From Atopobiaceae bacterium (GTDB lineage Bacteria > Actinomycetota > Coriobacteriia > Coriobacteriales > Atopobiaceae), in the NCBI GenBank assembly GCA_022482785.1, contig JAKVON010000014.1, forward strand, positions 3,938 to 67,937: 64,000 bases of DNA, written 5' to 3'. The position numbers were made by a program, and so were the translations under genes. Under the pieces are notes generated by a model. It did not search any database. It was not told where the DNA came from and worked only from the letters and a program-made list of their open reading frames with translations. This document shows positions 1 to 9,303 of this stretch, one piece after another. Position 1 is the first letter of the stretch; the number at the start of each line of letters is the position of its first letter.

Positions 1-53
1 CGTCGAGGAGGCCAACAGGTGTCACGGCGCATAGGCGAGACGGCGGCCGGACG

Positions 54-329
54 ATGACGGAGAGCCCCAAAGGCTGGTGGCTCTACCTGCTGCGCTGCTC
101 GGACGGCAGCCTCTACACCGGCATCGCCACCGACGTCGAGCGCCGCTGCGCCGAGCACAACGCCGGGACGGGCGCCAAGTACACGCGCAGCCGCCGCCCC
201 GTCGAGGTGGTCTACCGCGAGCCCTGTGCCGACAAGTCGTCCGCCCTCAGGCGCGAGATTGCCGTCAAGCGGCTCTCCCGCCGCGAGAAGGTCGCGCTCG
301 TCGCCTCGTATAACCCACCTACCAGGTAG
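54..329 (+). CDS. GIY-YIG nuclease family protein (small UPF0213/YhbQ-like)
   Basis: 91-aa ORF. The N-terminus WWLYLLRCSDGSLYTGIATDVERRCAEHN has the GIY-YIG layout. Coding-type GC3 bias. Confidence 0.85.
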   Translation: MTESPKGWWLYLLRCSDGSLYTGIATDVERRCAEHNAGTGAKYTRSRRPVEVVYREPCADKSSALRREIAVKRLSRREKVALVASYNPPTR

Positions 330-468
330 TTATTGACCCCTGCGCTACGCTTACCGTCCCGTGGCGCCTTCCGGGAGAGGCCTTCCGCGTCTGCGGCGGC
401 CCGTGCGCTACCATCCTGTGTCATACGTGAAATCGACTGGTTTCGCGCATGCGTCACGAGAATCCGGA

Positions 469-975
469 ATGGGAGGCGATGTGGTGAGCAAGCTGAACGG
501 AGCGGCCGAGAAGCAGATCGTCGAGATCTGCGATCGGTACAAGGGCGAGAAGACGCCTCTGATCATGATTCTGAGCGACATCCAGAGGGAGTACGGCTAC
601 GTGCCCCTCGAGGTGCAGGAGATTGTATCCGCCAAGACGGGGATCTCCGTCGCGGAGATATACGGCGTGGTGACGTTCTACTCGTTCTTCTCCCTCGAGC
701 CCAAGGGCAAGAACGTCATCGGGTGCTGCCTGGGGACCGCGTGCTACGTCAAGGGCGGCCAGAGGATCATCGACCAGTTCTCGGAGATCCTGGGCATCAA
801 GCCCGGCCAGACCACGGAGGACGGCCTGTTCACGCTCGACGCGCTGCGCTGCATCGGCGCCTGCGCGGCGGCGCCGGCCGTCACCATCAACGGCAAGATC
901 TACGCCCGCGTCAACGTCAAGGACATCCCCGACATCGTGGCCGAGTACCGGGAGGGGGCGGTCGCCCATGTATAG
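469..975 (+). CDS. hydC: [FeFe]-hydrogenase NuoE-like [2Fe-2S] subunit (HydC type)
   Basis: ORF 361..975 trimmed to ATG 469. GGGAGG at 471-476 would also allow GTG 481/484. Thioredoxin-like 2Fe-2S cysteines CCLGTACYVKG ... CIGACAAAPAV. Overlaps the next gene by 8 nt. Confidence 0.88.
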   Translation: MGGDVVSKLNGAAEKQIVEICDRYKGEKTPLIMILSDIQREYGYVPLEVQEIVSAKTGISVAEIYGVVTFYSFFSLEPKGKNVIGCCLGTACYVKGGQRIIDQFSEILGIKPGQTTEDGLFTLDALRCIGACAAAPAVTINGKIYARVNVKDIPDIVAEYREGAVAHV

Positions 976-2833
976 GAGCGCAGAGGAGCTCCAGAAGAGC
1001 ATCGCCACCTACACCAGGGAGCTCGACGAGAAGTTCAACGGCGAGGACGGCAAGCGCTACGTCATGCTCTGCGGCGGCACGGGCTGCATGGCCGCGAACT
1101 CCATGGGCCTCAAGGAGAAGCTCGAGAGCTACATCGAGAAGTACGGCATCGCCGACAGGGTCGGCATCCGCATGGTGGGATGCTTCGGGATGTGCTCGCA
1201 AGGGCCCTTCGTGCGCATCTTCCCCGAGAACACCCTCTATCGCCTGGTCAAGGAGGAGGACATCGAGGAGATCGTCTTCGACGACCTGCTCAACGGCAAG
1301 GTGGTCGACCGCCTGGTCTACGAGGATCCCGCAACGGGCGAGAAGATCAGGAAGATGGAGGACATCCCCTTCTACAAGAAGCAGAAGAGGATCGCCCTGC
1401 ACGGCTGTGGCGTCATCGACCCCAACAGGATCGAGGAGGCCCTCGGCTGCGGTGGCTACCAGGGGCTCATGAAGGCCCTCACGATGGACCGCGCCGACGT
1501 CATCAAGGCCGTGCTCGACTCGGGCCTGCGCGGCCGCGGCGGCGGCGGATTCCCCACGGGGCGCAAGTGGCAGTTCGCCTACAACCAGGACAGCGACGAG
1601 AAGTACGTCGTGTGCAACGGCGACGAGGGCGACCCCGGCGCGTTCATGGACCGGAGCGCCCTCGAGGACAACCCGCTCGGCGTCATCGAGGGCATGGCCA
1701 TCGCAGGCTATGCCATCGGCGCCAGGGACGGCTACTTCTACATCCGCGCCGAGTACCCCCGCGCGGTAGAGCGCATCAAGAACACGATCGCCAAGGCCGA
1801 GGAGCTGGGCCTTCTGGGCGACGACATCCTCGGCACGGGCTTCTCGTTCCACGCGCACCTGCGCCTGGGCGCGGGCGCCTTCGTCTGCGGCGAGGAGACG
1901 GCCCTCCTGAACTCCATCATGGGCCTGCGCGGCATGCCACGCGCCCGTCCGCCGTTCCCCGCGGTCTCCGGCCTCTGGGGCAAGCCCACGATCGTCAACA
2001 ACGTCGAGACGCTCGCGAGCGTGCCCTACATCTTCCGGGAGGGCGTGGAGGAGTTCACCAAGTACGGCACCGAGAGGAGCAAGGGCACCAAGGTGTTCTG
2101 CCTCGGCGGCAAGGTCGTGAACGTGGGCCTGGTCGAGATTCCCATGGGCACCACCCTGCGCGAGCTCATCTTCGACATCGGCGGCGGCATCCAGGACGGC
2201 AAGAGGTTCAAGGCCATCCAGACGGGCGGCCCCTCCGGCGGCTGCCTCACCGAGGAGGACCTCGACACCCCCATCGACTTCGACAACATGGTCGCCGCGG
2301 GCTCGATGATGGGCTCCGGCGGGGCCATCGTCATGGACGAGGACAACTGCATGGTCGACGTCGCGAAGTTCTACATGGGCTTCATCTGCGACGAGTCGTG
2401 CGGCAAGTGCTCGCCGTGCCGGATCGGCACCAAGCGCATGCTCGAGATCCTGAACCGCATCACCTCGGGTGCCGGCACCATGCAGGACTTCGACGACCTC
2501 GAGGAGATCGCGGCCGCCTGCAAGACCAACTCGCTGTGTGCCCTCGGCCAGACCTCGGCCAACCCGATCCTCTCCACCATCGCGCACTTCAGGGACGAGT
2601 ACATCGCCCACATCCAGGACAAGAAGTGTCCGGCCAAGGTCTGCAAGGACCTCATCACCTACACCATCGACCCCGACAAGTGCCGCAAGTGCTCCATGTG
2701 CTCGCGCGCCTGCCCGATGGAGACGATCCACGGGCAGCCGGGCAAGACGGTGTTCGAAATCGACCAGTCCAACTGCATCAAGTGCGGGATGTGCCTCGCG
2801 TCCTGCAAGTTCGATGCCATCTCGATCGACTAA
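968..2833 (+). CDS. hydB: [FeFe]-hydrogenase NuoF-like flavoprotein subunit (HydB type)
   Basis: 621 aa. N-terminal 2Fe-2S module (CGGTGCMAAN ... CFGMCSQGP). FMN/NADH core GRGGGGFPTGRKW. ESCGKCSPCR 4Fe-4S motif. Two C-terminal CxxCxxCxxxCP ferredoxin motifs. Confidence 0.93.
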   Translation: MYRSAEELQKSIATYTRELDEKFNGEDGKRYVMLCGGTGCMAANSMGLKEKLESYIEKYGIADRVGIRMVGCFGMCSQGPFVRIFPENTLYRLVKEEDIEEIVFDDLLNGKVVDRLVYEDPATGEKIRKMEDIPFYKKQKRIALHGCGVIDPNRIEEALGCGGYQGLMKALTMDRADVIKAVLDSGLRGRGGGGFPTGRKWQFAYNQDSDEKYVVCNGDEGDPGAFMDRSALEDNPLGVIEGMAIAGYAIGARDGYFYIRAEYPRAVERIKNTIAKAEELGLLGDDILGTGFSFHAHLRLGAGAFVCGEETALLNSIMGLRGMPRARPPFPAVSGLWGKPTIVNNVETLASVPYIFREGVEEFTKYGTERSKGTKVFCLGGKVVNVGLVEIPMGTTLRELIFDIGGGIQDGKRFKAIQTGGPSGGCLTEEDLDTPIDFDNMVAAGSMMGSGGAIVMDEDNCMVDVAKFYMGFICDESCGKCSPCRIGTKRMLEILNRITSGAGTMQDFDDLEEIAAACKTNSLCALGQTSANPILSTIAHFRDEYIAHIQDKKCPAKVCKDLITYTIDPDKCRKCSMCSRACPMETIHGQPGKTVFEIDQSNCIKCGMCLASCKFDAISID

Positions 2834-2847
2834 GGGGAGGTGACACT

Positions 2848-4614
2848 GTGAAGGTCAACATAAAGATTGAGGGCAAGGACTACCAGGTCGAAGAGGGTAC
2901 GACGATTCTGGAGGCCGCCCGGGCCTGTGGCTACGAGATTCCTTCGCTGTGCTCTTACAACCACGGCGAGTGCAGCCAGGGCTCATGCCGCGTCTGCCTC
3001 GTCGAGGCGACCGGCGCCCGTGGCCTCGTGGCCTCGTGCGTCTATCCGGTGGCGGAGGGCATGGAGGTCAAGATCTCGAGCCCCAAGGCCGTCGCCGCGC
3101 GCCGCACCTCGGTCGAGCTGCTGCTCTCGAACCACTCGCAGAACTGCCAGCAGTGCCGCAAGAACGGCCACTGCGAGCTTCTCTACGTGGCCCAGCTCAC
3201 GGGTGCCCGCGAGGGCGCCTTCACGGGCGAGAAGACCGAGACGCACTACGACGACCTCACGCCGTCGATCATCCGCGACTCCAGCAAGTGCATCTTGTGC
3301 GGCCGCTGCATCGAGCGGTGCAAGAGCGCGCACGGCAACGGGGTGCTGGGCTTCGAGAGGCGCGGCTTCAAGACGTTCGTGGCGCCTGCCGGCAACCTCT
3401 CGCTCGACAAGTCCCCCTGCCTCATGTGCGGCCAGTGCGTGAGCGTGTGCCCAACGGGCGCGCTGCTCGTCAAGTCGGAGATAGGCAAGGTCGACGCGGC
3501 CATGGTCTCGGGCAAGCACGTCATCGTGCAGACGGCCCCCGCCGTCCGCGCCGCGCTCGGCGAGGAGTTCGGCTACCCCATCGGCACGGCGGTCACGGGC
3601 AAGATGGTCGCTGCGCTCAGGCGCCTGGGCTTCGAGAAGGTCTACGACACCGACTTCGGCGCCGACCTCACGATCATGGAGGAGGCGACGGAGCTGCTGC
3701 ATCGCATCGAGTCCGGCGGCGTCCTGCCCATGATCACCTCCTGCTCGCCCGGCTGGGTCAACTACGCCGAGACCTACTACCCAGACCTGCTGCGGCACGT
3801 CTCGTCGTGCAAGTCTCCCCACGAGATGCAGGGAGCCATCCTCAAGAGCTACTACGCCCAGCAGAAGGGCATCGACCCCGCCGACATCTTCGTGGTCTCG
3901 ATCATGCCCTGCACGGCGAAGAAGTACGAGAAGGACCGCCCGCAGATGAAGAACGAGGCGGGCCTCAAGGACGTCGACGCGGTCCTCACCGTGACCGAGC
4001 TGGCCGAGATGATCCGCCGCAGCGGCATCCTGTTCAAGCGCCTCCCCGACGAGGAGTACGACCAGGACATCATGGGCGAGTACTCGGGTGCCGGCACCAT
4101 CTTCGGCGTCACGGGCGGCGTCATGGAGGCGGCGCTGCGCACGGCCTACTTCGTGCTCGAGGGCAAGGAGCACGAGGGGATCACCTTCGAGCAGGTGCGC
4201 GGCTTCGACGACGTCAAGGAGGCGAGCTTCGCCCTCGGCGGCCAGACGCTCAACGTCGCCGTCACGAGCGGCATGAGGAACGCCAGCAAGCTGCTCGACG
4301 ACGTCCGCGCCGGAAAGAGCAAGTACCAGTTCATCGAGATCATGTGCTGCCCCGGCGGCTGCATCAACGGCGGCGGCATGCCCATCGTGCGCCACGCGTT
4401 CCTGCCCGACGAGGACGTCGACATCGTCGACACCTACCGCGCCAAGCGCGCCGCCGCCCTCTATTCGGAGGACGAGCGCAACGTCCTGCGCCAGTCGCAC
4501 AACAACACGCAGATCCAGGCCCTCTACAAGGAGTTCCTGGGCGAGCCCAACTCCCACCTCGCACACGAGCTGCTCCACACCTCGTACAAGGCGAGGGAGC
4601 CGTTCCGCGCCTAG
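2848..4614 (+). CDS. hydA: [FeFe]-hydrogenase catalytic subunit, M3-type (HydA)
   Basis: GTG 2848 preceded by AAGGGGAGG (2832-2840). N-terminal 2Fe-2S, HxxxCxxCx5C and two 4Fe-4S motifs. H-domain motifs MPCTAKKYE and EIMCCPGGCINGGG. The first H-cluster motif reads TSCSPGW (see findings). Confidence 0.93.
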   Translation: MKVNIKIEGKDYQVEEGTTILEAARACGYEIPSLCSYNHGECSQGSCRVCLVEATGARGLVASCVYPVAEGMEVKISSPKAVAARRTSVELLLSNHSQNCQQCRKNGHCELLYVAQLTGAREGAFTGEKTETHYDDLTPSIIRDSSKCILCGRCIERCKSAHGNGVLGFERRGFKTFVAPAGNLSLDKSPCLMCGQCVSVCPTGALLVKSEIGKVDAAMVSGKHVIVQTAPAVRAALGEEFGYPIGTAVTGKMVAALRRLGFEKVYDTDFGADLTIMEEATELLHRIESGGVLPMITSCSPGWVNYAETYYPDLLRHVSSCKSPHEMQGAILKSYYAQQKGIDPADIFVVSIMPCTAKKYEKDRPQMKNEAGLKDVDAVLTVTELAEMIRRSGILFKRLPDEEYDQDIMGEYSGAGTIFGVTGGVMEAALRTAYFVLEGKEHEGITFEQVRGFDDVKEASFALGGQTLNVAVTSGMRNASKLLDDVRAGKSKYQFIEIMCCPGGCINGGGMPIVRHAFLPDEDVDIVDTYRAKRAAALYSEDERNVLRQSHNNTQIQALYKEFLGEPNSHLAHELLHTSYKAREPFRA

Positions 4615-4644
4615 CGGCGCGCCGGCACGTCGTGCGCACGCGAG

Positions 4645-4681
4645 GGAAGGCCCGGCATCCCATCGGAATGCCGGGCCTTCC
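4645..4681. terminator. Perfect 14-bp stem hairpin between convergent hydA and the GntR gene
   Basis: GGAAGGCCCGGCAT (4645-4658), loop cccatcgga, ATGCCGGGCCTTCC (4668-4681). No clear U-tract. Confidence 0.6.
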
Positions 4682-4698
4682 GCCTGTGCGGGGCACGT

Positions 4699-5418
4699 CT
4701 ACCTCGTGCTGATGGTGAAGAACTCGTAGCCGTGGGGATGGCGCGAGACCGAGAACTCGAAGGGGATGCCGTCGTCGAGGTAACCGATCTGCTCGACCTC
4801 GAGCAGGGGCTCGTGCTGCCCCACCCCCAGCCGCTCGCATTCCTCGGCCGTGGGCAGGCTCGCCCGCACCGTCCTGTGGGCGCTCGCTATCTTGAGCCCG
4901 AGCTCGTCCTCGACGTAGGCGTAGATGGAGGCCTCGACGTGCTTGAGCCTGAGGTCGGGGATGACCTTGATCGGCATGTAGGTGTACTCGATCGCGTAGG
5001 CCACCTCGTCGGCGAGCCGTACGCGGCAGATATGGTAGGCGAACTCGTCCGGCTCCATCCCCAGGAGCCTCGCCACCTTCTCGGGCGGCGTCGTCACGGA
5101 GAAGTCGTAGACCACCGACTCGACCTTCTCGCCCCGCGCGGAGTGCTCGGCGTTGAAGCCCGACATCTGCTGCGACATCTCGAGGCCCGAGCGCGCGACG
5201 GGCTTGGCGGCGCCGTTCTTGACGAAGGTGCCCGAGCCGCGCCTCCTGGAGATGAGGCCCATCTGCTCGAGGTCGTCCATCGCCTTCTTGATGGTGATCT
5301 TGCTCACGCCGTAGTCCTTGCACAGGGCCGCGATGGTGGGGAGCTGTCCGGTGGCCTTGAAGTCGCCACGCTCGATGCCCTCCTGGAGTCCCTTGACGAC
5401 CTCCTTGTACTTCATCAT
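4699..5418 (-). CDS. GntR-family transcriptional regulator, HutC/UTRA subfamily
   Basis: ORF 4699..5496 trimmed to MMKYKE (ATG 5418), which is preceded by GAGGGGGAGG. Winged-helix segment LPTIAALCKDYGVSKITIKKAMDDLEQMGLISRRRGSGTFV plus a UTRA-like C-terminal domain. Divergent from the PTS/GH1 operon. Confidence 0.9.
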   Translation of the reverse strand: MMKYKEVVKGLQEGIERGDFKATGQLPTIAALCKDYGVSKITIKKAMDDLEQMGLISRRRGSGTFVKNGAAKPVARSGLEMSQQMSGFNAEHSARGEKVESVVYDFSVTTPPEKVARLLGMEPDEFAYHICRVRLADEVAYAIEYTYMPIKVIPDLRLKHVEASIYAYVEDELGLKIASAHRTVRASLPTAEECERLGVGQHEPLLEVEQIGYLDDGIPFEFSVSRHPHGYEFFTISTR

Positions 5419-5532
5419 CCGAGTGCCACCTCCCCCTCTCGCCGCGGGCCGTGCCTTTGCGTCGCCTTTATTATCCCTTTCCTGCCCAAAAAACAACCGC
5501 TCGGAAAGTTAGGCAAGATAGTTCTTGAAAAA

Positions 5533-5548
5533 TAACAAGAGCGTGTTA
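5533..5548. promoter_or_regulatory. Candidate operator palindrome TAACA-N6-TGTTA in the AT-rich gntR/GH1 divergent intergenic region
   Basis: TAACAAGAGCGTGTTA lies in the visibly AT-rich stretch 5460-5605. An 8-bp palindrome GACATGTC lies nearby at 5561-5568. No experimental support. Confidence 0.3.
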
Positions 5549-5609
5549 CTTTATAAACAAGACATGTCAGGTTATAAAGCAAACATGGAAGATTGAAAGG
5601 AGGAACGAG

Positions 5610-7025
5610 ATGCAAGAAATGAGGCTGCCGGACGACTTCTTCTTCGGCGCGGCCATGTCGGGCCCACAGACCGAAGGCGCCTGGGCGCAGGGAGGCAAGC
5701 TGGAGAACCTCTGGGACACCTGGTCCAACGAGTCGCTCGACGACTTCCACAACCGCGTGGGATCCTATGGGGGAAACGACTTCACCAGGCGGCACGACGA
5801 GGACTTCGCCCTTCTCAAGGACATGGGCCTCGACTCCGTGAGGACCTCGATCCAATGGAGCCGGCTTCTCGACCGGGACGGTGCCGTGAACCCGGAGGGA
5901 GAGGCATACTACCACCGGCTCTTCGCCTCCGCGCACGCCGCGGGGCTCGAGGTCTTCGTGAACCTCTACCACTTCGACATGCCGACCTACCTCTTCCGCC
6001 GCGGCGGATGGGCGAGCCGGGACGTCGTCGAGGCGTACGCGGACTACGCCGCCAAGGCGTTTCGTGCGTTCGGCAAGGAGATATCCTGCTGGTTCACGTT
6101 CAACGAGCCCATCGTCGAGCCTGAGATGCGCTATACGGTGGGGGAGTGGTACCCGTTCGCGAAGGACTTCTCCCTCGCGCGCGCCATCCAGTACAACATC
6201 TGCATCGCGCATTCCCTCGCGGTGCGCGAGTTCAGGATCGCCCGGTCCGAGGGCGTCTTCGCGGACGGCGCCCGCATCGGGCTCATCAACTGCTTCACCC
6301 CGCCCTACACGCGCGAGGACCCCTCCGCGGAAGACCTCGAGGCCGTGCGCATGACCGACGGCATCGCGAACCGCTGGTGGCTCGACCTCGTCACCAAGGG
6401 CGAGCTCCCGCAAGACGTCCTCGAGACCCTCGCGTCCCGCGGCGTCAGGCTTCCGATCAGGCCCGGGGACGAGCAGATCCTCAGGCAGGGCACGGTCGAC
6501 TGGCTGGGATGCAACTACTACCACCCCGAGCGCGTTCAGGCTCCCGCCGCCGACACCGACGCCAACGGAGACCCGATCTTCGCAGACCCCTACGTGTGGC
6601 CCGATGCGGTCATGAACGAGAGCCGCGGCTGGGAGGTCTTCCCCCAGGGCATCTACGACTTCGGCATGATGCTCCATCGCGACTATCCCGAGCTCGAGTT
6701 CTTCGTCTCCGAGAACGGGATGGGCATCGAGCGCGAGGAGCAGTTCAAGGATGCGTCCGGCCAGGTCCAGGACGGCTATCGCATCGACTTCATTCGCGAC
6801 CACCTGCTCTGGGTGGCCAAGGCGATCGCCGACGGCGCCAAGTGCCGCGGCTACCACTACTGGGCGGTCATCGACAACTGGTCGTGGAAGAACGCCTTCA
6901 AGAACCGCTATGGGCTTGTCGAGGTCGACCTCTCCGACGGCTATTCCCGCCGCCCGAAGAAGTCCGCCTCGTGGATGAGGCAGGTCGCAACGACGCACGT
7001 CGTACCCAACAAGGAGGAGAACTGA
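5610..7025 (+). CDS. GH1 6-phospho-beta-glucosidase
   Basis: 471 aa with RBS GAAAGGAGG upstream. GH1 signatures FFFGAAMSGPQTEG, acid/base WFTFNEP and nucleophile VSENGMG. The 6-phospho specificity is inferred from the PTS context. Confidence 0.92.
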   Translation: MQEMRLPDDFFFGAAMSGPQTEGAWAQGGKLENLWDTWSNESLDDFHNRVGSYGGNDFTRRHDEDFALLKDMGLDSVRTSIQWSRLLDRDGAVNPEGEAYYHRLFASAHAAGLEVFVNLYHFDMPTYLFRRGGWASRDVVEAYADYAAKAFRAFGKEISCWFTFNEPIVEPEMRYTVGEWYPFAKDFSLARAIQYNICIAHSLAVREFRIARSEGVFADGARIGLINCFTPPYTREDPSAEDLEAVRMTDGIANRWWLDLVTKGELPQDVLETLASRGVRLPIRPGDEQILRQGTVDWLGCNYYHPERVQAPAADTDANGDPIFADPYVWPDAVMNESRGWEVFPQGIYDFGMMLHRDYPELEFFVSENGMGIEREEQFKDASGQVQDGYRIDFIRDHLLWVAKAIADGAKCRGYHYWAVIDNWSWKNAFKNRYGLVEVDLSDGYSRRPKKSASWMRQVATTHVVPNKEEN

Positions 7026-7027
7026 AA

Positions 7028-8488
7028 ATGGCAGAACAGGCAACAACCCCCGAGCAGGGCGAGGAGCAGACGTTCCTCGAGAAGTTCGCCGAGGTCTCGG
7101 CGAAGATCGGAAACCAGGTGCACCTGCGCACGCTGCGTGACGCGTTCGCGACCATCATGCCGCTCTACATCCTGGCAGGCGTCGCGGTGCTCATCAACAA
7201 CGTCGTGTTCCCGCTGTTCTTCGCGGCGAAGAGCCCCGAGCTCCTGGCCGTGCAGTACTGGGGCAACTCGCTGACGCAGGGCACGCTCAACGTCGCGGCG
7301 ATCATCCTCACGGGCCTCATCGGCTACTGCTTCGCCCGCAACAAGCGCTTCGACAACAAGCTCTCGTGCGTCGTCGTCTGCATCGCGGCCCTCGTCGTGA
7401 TGATGCCGCAGACGGTCACCGCCACGCTGGGCACCAACCTCGTCGCCACCAACTCGGCCGACAAGCTGGCCGCCTCGGTGAACGTGCCGCTCGCCACCGT
7501 CACCGCCGCGCTCGGCGACGGCTACGCGATCACGGCCGCGGACGCCTCGGGCGTCCTCAGCTTCTCCAACACCGGCGCGAACGGCCTGTTCGGCGCCATC
7601 ATCATCGGCCTTCTGGCCACGACGCTCTTCGTCAAGCTCTCCGGCATCGACAAGCTCAAGGTCAACCTGGGCGAGGGCGTGCCCCCCGCGGTCGCCGACT
7701 CGTTCAACGTCATGATCCCCATGCTCCTCACGCTCTCGATCTTCGGCCTGATCGCCGCGCTGCTCCACGGCCTGTTCGCGACCGACATGATGGCCCTCAT
7801 CGCCGCTGGCGTCTCCAACCCGCTCAAGGGCCTCATGAACGCCGGCCCCTTCGCCGTCATCATCATCTACACCCTTGCTAACCTGCTCTTCTGCCTCGGC
7901 ATCCACCAGTCCACGATTTCTGGCGTGCTGGCCGAGCCCATCCTCACCATGCTCATCGTCGACAACATGGCCACGTTCGCCTCGGGTGGCGCCATCCAGC
8001 CCGACCACTACATGAACATGCAGATCATCAACACCTTCGCCCTCATCGGCGGCTCGGGCTGCACGCTCATGCTCCTGCTCGACACGTTCATCTTCTCGAA
8101 GAGCAAGGTCTCCAAGAACATCGGCAAGCTCGCCATCCTCCCTGGCATCTTCAACATCAACGAGCCGGTCATCTACGGCTATCCCATCGTGTACAACCTG
8201 CCCCTCATGATCCCGTTCGTCCTGCTCCCCGACATCCTCATCGCCGCCACCTATGGCCTCACCTGCGCCGGCATCATCTCTCCGTGCGTGGTCATGGTCC
8301 CCTGGACGACCCCGGTCTTCATCAGCGGCTTCCTCGCCACCGCCGGCGACATCCGCGCCGTCATCTGGCAGGTCGTCGAGGTCGCGTTCGGCATGGCCTT
8401 CTACCTCCCCTTCATGAAGGTCCACGAGCGCGTCCAGGCCAAGCAGGCCCTCGAGGCCGAGCAGGCCGAGGGCGAGATCGCCGCATAG
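7028..8488 (+). CDS. PTS lactose/cellobiose-family EIIC permease
   Basis: ATG 7028 lies 2 nt after the GH1 stop. 486-aa polytopic membrane protein with an EIIC-type N-terminus FLEKFAEVSAKIGNQVHLRTLRDAFATIMP. Confidence 0.9.
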   Translation: MAEQATTPEQGEEQTFLEKFAEVSAKIGNQVHLRTLRDAFATIMPLYILAGVAVLINNVVFPLFFAAKSPELLAVQYWGNSLTQGTLNVAAIILTGLIGYCFARNKRFDNKLSCVVVCIAALVVMMPQTVTATLGTNLVATNSADKLAASVNVPLATVTAALGDGYAITAADASGVLSFSNTGANGLFGAIIIGLLATTLFVKLSGIDKLKVNLGEGVPPAVADSFNVMIPMLLTLSIFGLIAALLHGLFATDMMALIAAGVSNPLKGLMNAGPFAVIIIYTLANLLFCLGIHQSTISGVLAEPILTMLIVDNMATFASGGAIQPDHYMNMQIINTFALIGGSGCTLMLLLDTFIFSKSKVSKNIGKLAILPGIFNINEPVIYGYPIVYNLPLMIPFVLLPDILIAATYGLTCAGIISPCVVMVPWTTPVFISGFLATAGDIRAVIWQVVEVAFGMAFYLPFMKVHERVQAKQALEAEQAEGEIAA

Positions 8489-8593
8489 TCGCGGTCTCGC
8501 GCCCGCACGATCCCCTCGGGCCGTCCGGCCTGGCCCGGACGGCCCGAGGACGAGCTAGCTGACGGAACAATGACACGAAAGGAGCGAGACACA

Positions 8594-8898
8594 ATGAAGA
8601 AGATCCTGCTTGCCTGCAATGCCGGATGTCCACGAGCCTCCTCGTCCAGAAGATGAAGAAGGAGGCGGCCGCCAAGGGCCTCGACGTCGAGATCGACGCC
8701 AGCCCCCTCGCATCCGCCCTCGACAAGGTCGCCGACGCCGACATCCTCATGCTCGGGCCCCAGATCTCCTATGCGCGCAAGGAGGCCGAGGCCGCTGCCG
8801 GCAAGGTTCCCGTCGCGGTCATCGCGATGGCCGACTACGGTCGCATGAACGCCTCAAAAATCCTCGACGACGCCTTCAAGATCATCGGAAGGGACTAG
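8594..8898 (+). pseudogene. PTS lactose/cellobiose-family EIIB, frame-disrupted after codon 11 (or a sequencing error)
   Basis: ATG 8594 (RBS AAAGGAG) encodes MKKILLACNAG. The frame then slips, and the remainder MSTSLLVQKMKKEAAAKGLDVEI... is read from ATG 8626. One nucleotide is missing at 8625/8626 relative to the canonical CNAGMSTS active-site loop. Confidence 0.8.
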
Positions 8899-8903
8899 CT
8901 GCC

Positions 8904-9230
8904 ATGGCAATCTCCGAAGAGATGGTGACCACCTGCTTCGAGATCGTCGCGGCGGTGGGCTCTGCGAAGTCCTGCTACATCAACGCGGTCAACCTCGCCA
9001 AGCAAGGTGACTTCGACGGTGCCGGGAAGTCGATCGCCGAGGGCGACGCGGCCTACAAGGAGGGCCACGAGCACCACATGGCGATCCTCCAGAAGGATGC
9101 CGCCGACCAGGACACCGAGTTCTCCCTCATCCTCATGCACGCCGAGGACCAGATGATGGCCGCGGAGACCTTCCGTGTCATGGCAGAGGACTTCATCGAG
9201 GTCTACAAGAGGCTCGACGCGAACAAGTAG
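8904..9230 (+). CDS. PTS lactose/cellobiose-family EIIA
   Basis: 108 aa. Helical EIIA pattern with LILMHAEDQMM (phospho-His region). Confidence 0.88.
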   Translation: MAISEEMVTTCFEIVAAVGSAKSCYINAVNLAKQGDFDGAGKSIAEGDAAYKEGHEHHMAILQKDAADQDTEFSLILMHAEDQMMAAETFRVMAEDFIEVYKRLDANK

Positions 9231-9258
9231 CTCTCGCGACAGAGGGCATTTCCAACGG

Positions 9259-9289
9259 GAGGGGCGACCACGCCATGTGGTCGCCCCTC
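9259..9289 (+). terminator. Hairpin after the PTS operon
   Basis: GAGGGGCGACCAC, loop gccat, GTGGTCGCCCCTC. 13-bp perfect stem, followed by tctc. Confidence 0.6.
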
Positions 9290-9303
9290 TCTCGCGTCTC
9301 GGG

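Noticed and set aside
1-34. Possible 3-prime end of an upstream gene (…VEEANRCHGA stop at 32-34).
   Set aside because: Only 11 codons are visible, so no family assignment or frame support is possible.
425-468. Rex-type redox operator upstream of the hydrogenase operon (CGTGAAATCGACTGGTTTCGCG).
   Set aside because: The half-sites GTGAAA/TTTCGC are imperfect and about 10 nt apart. They do not fit the TTGTGAA-N4-TTCACAA consensus I know, so this is not supportable from sequence alone.
917-2731. 604-aa ORF antisense to hydB. Similar long antisense or out-of-frame ORFs occur at 1180..2847, 2983..4578 and 5415..7046.
   Set aside because: They lie opposite or offset to genes with unambiguous family motifs. 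Their products are Arg/Ala/Gly/Val/Asp-rich with no motifs. Long open frames on the non-coding strand are expected in high-GC DNA.
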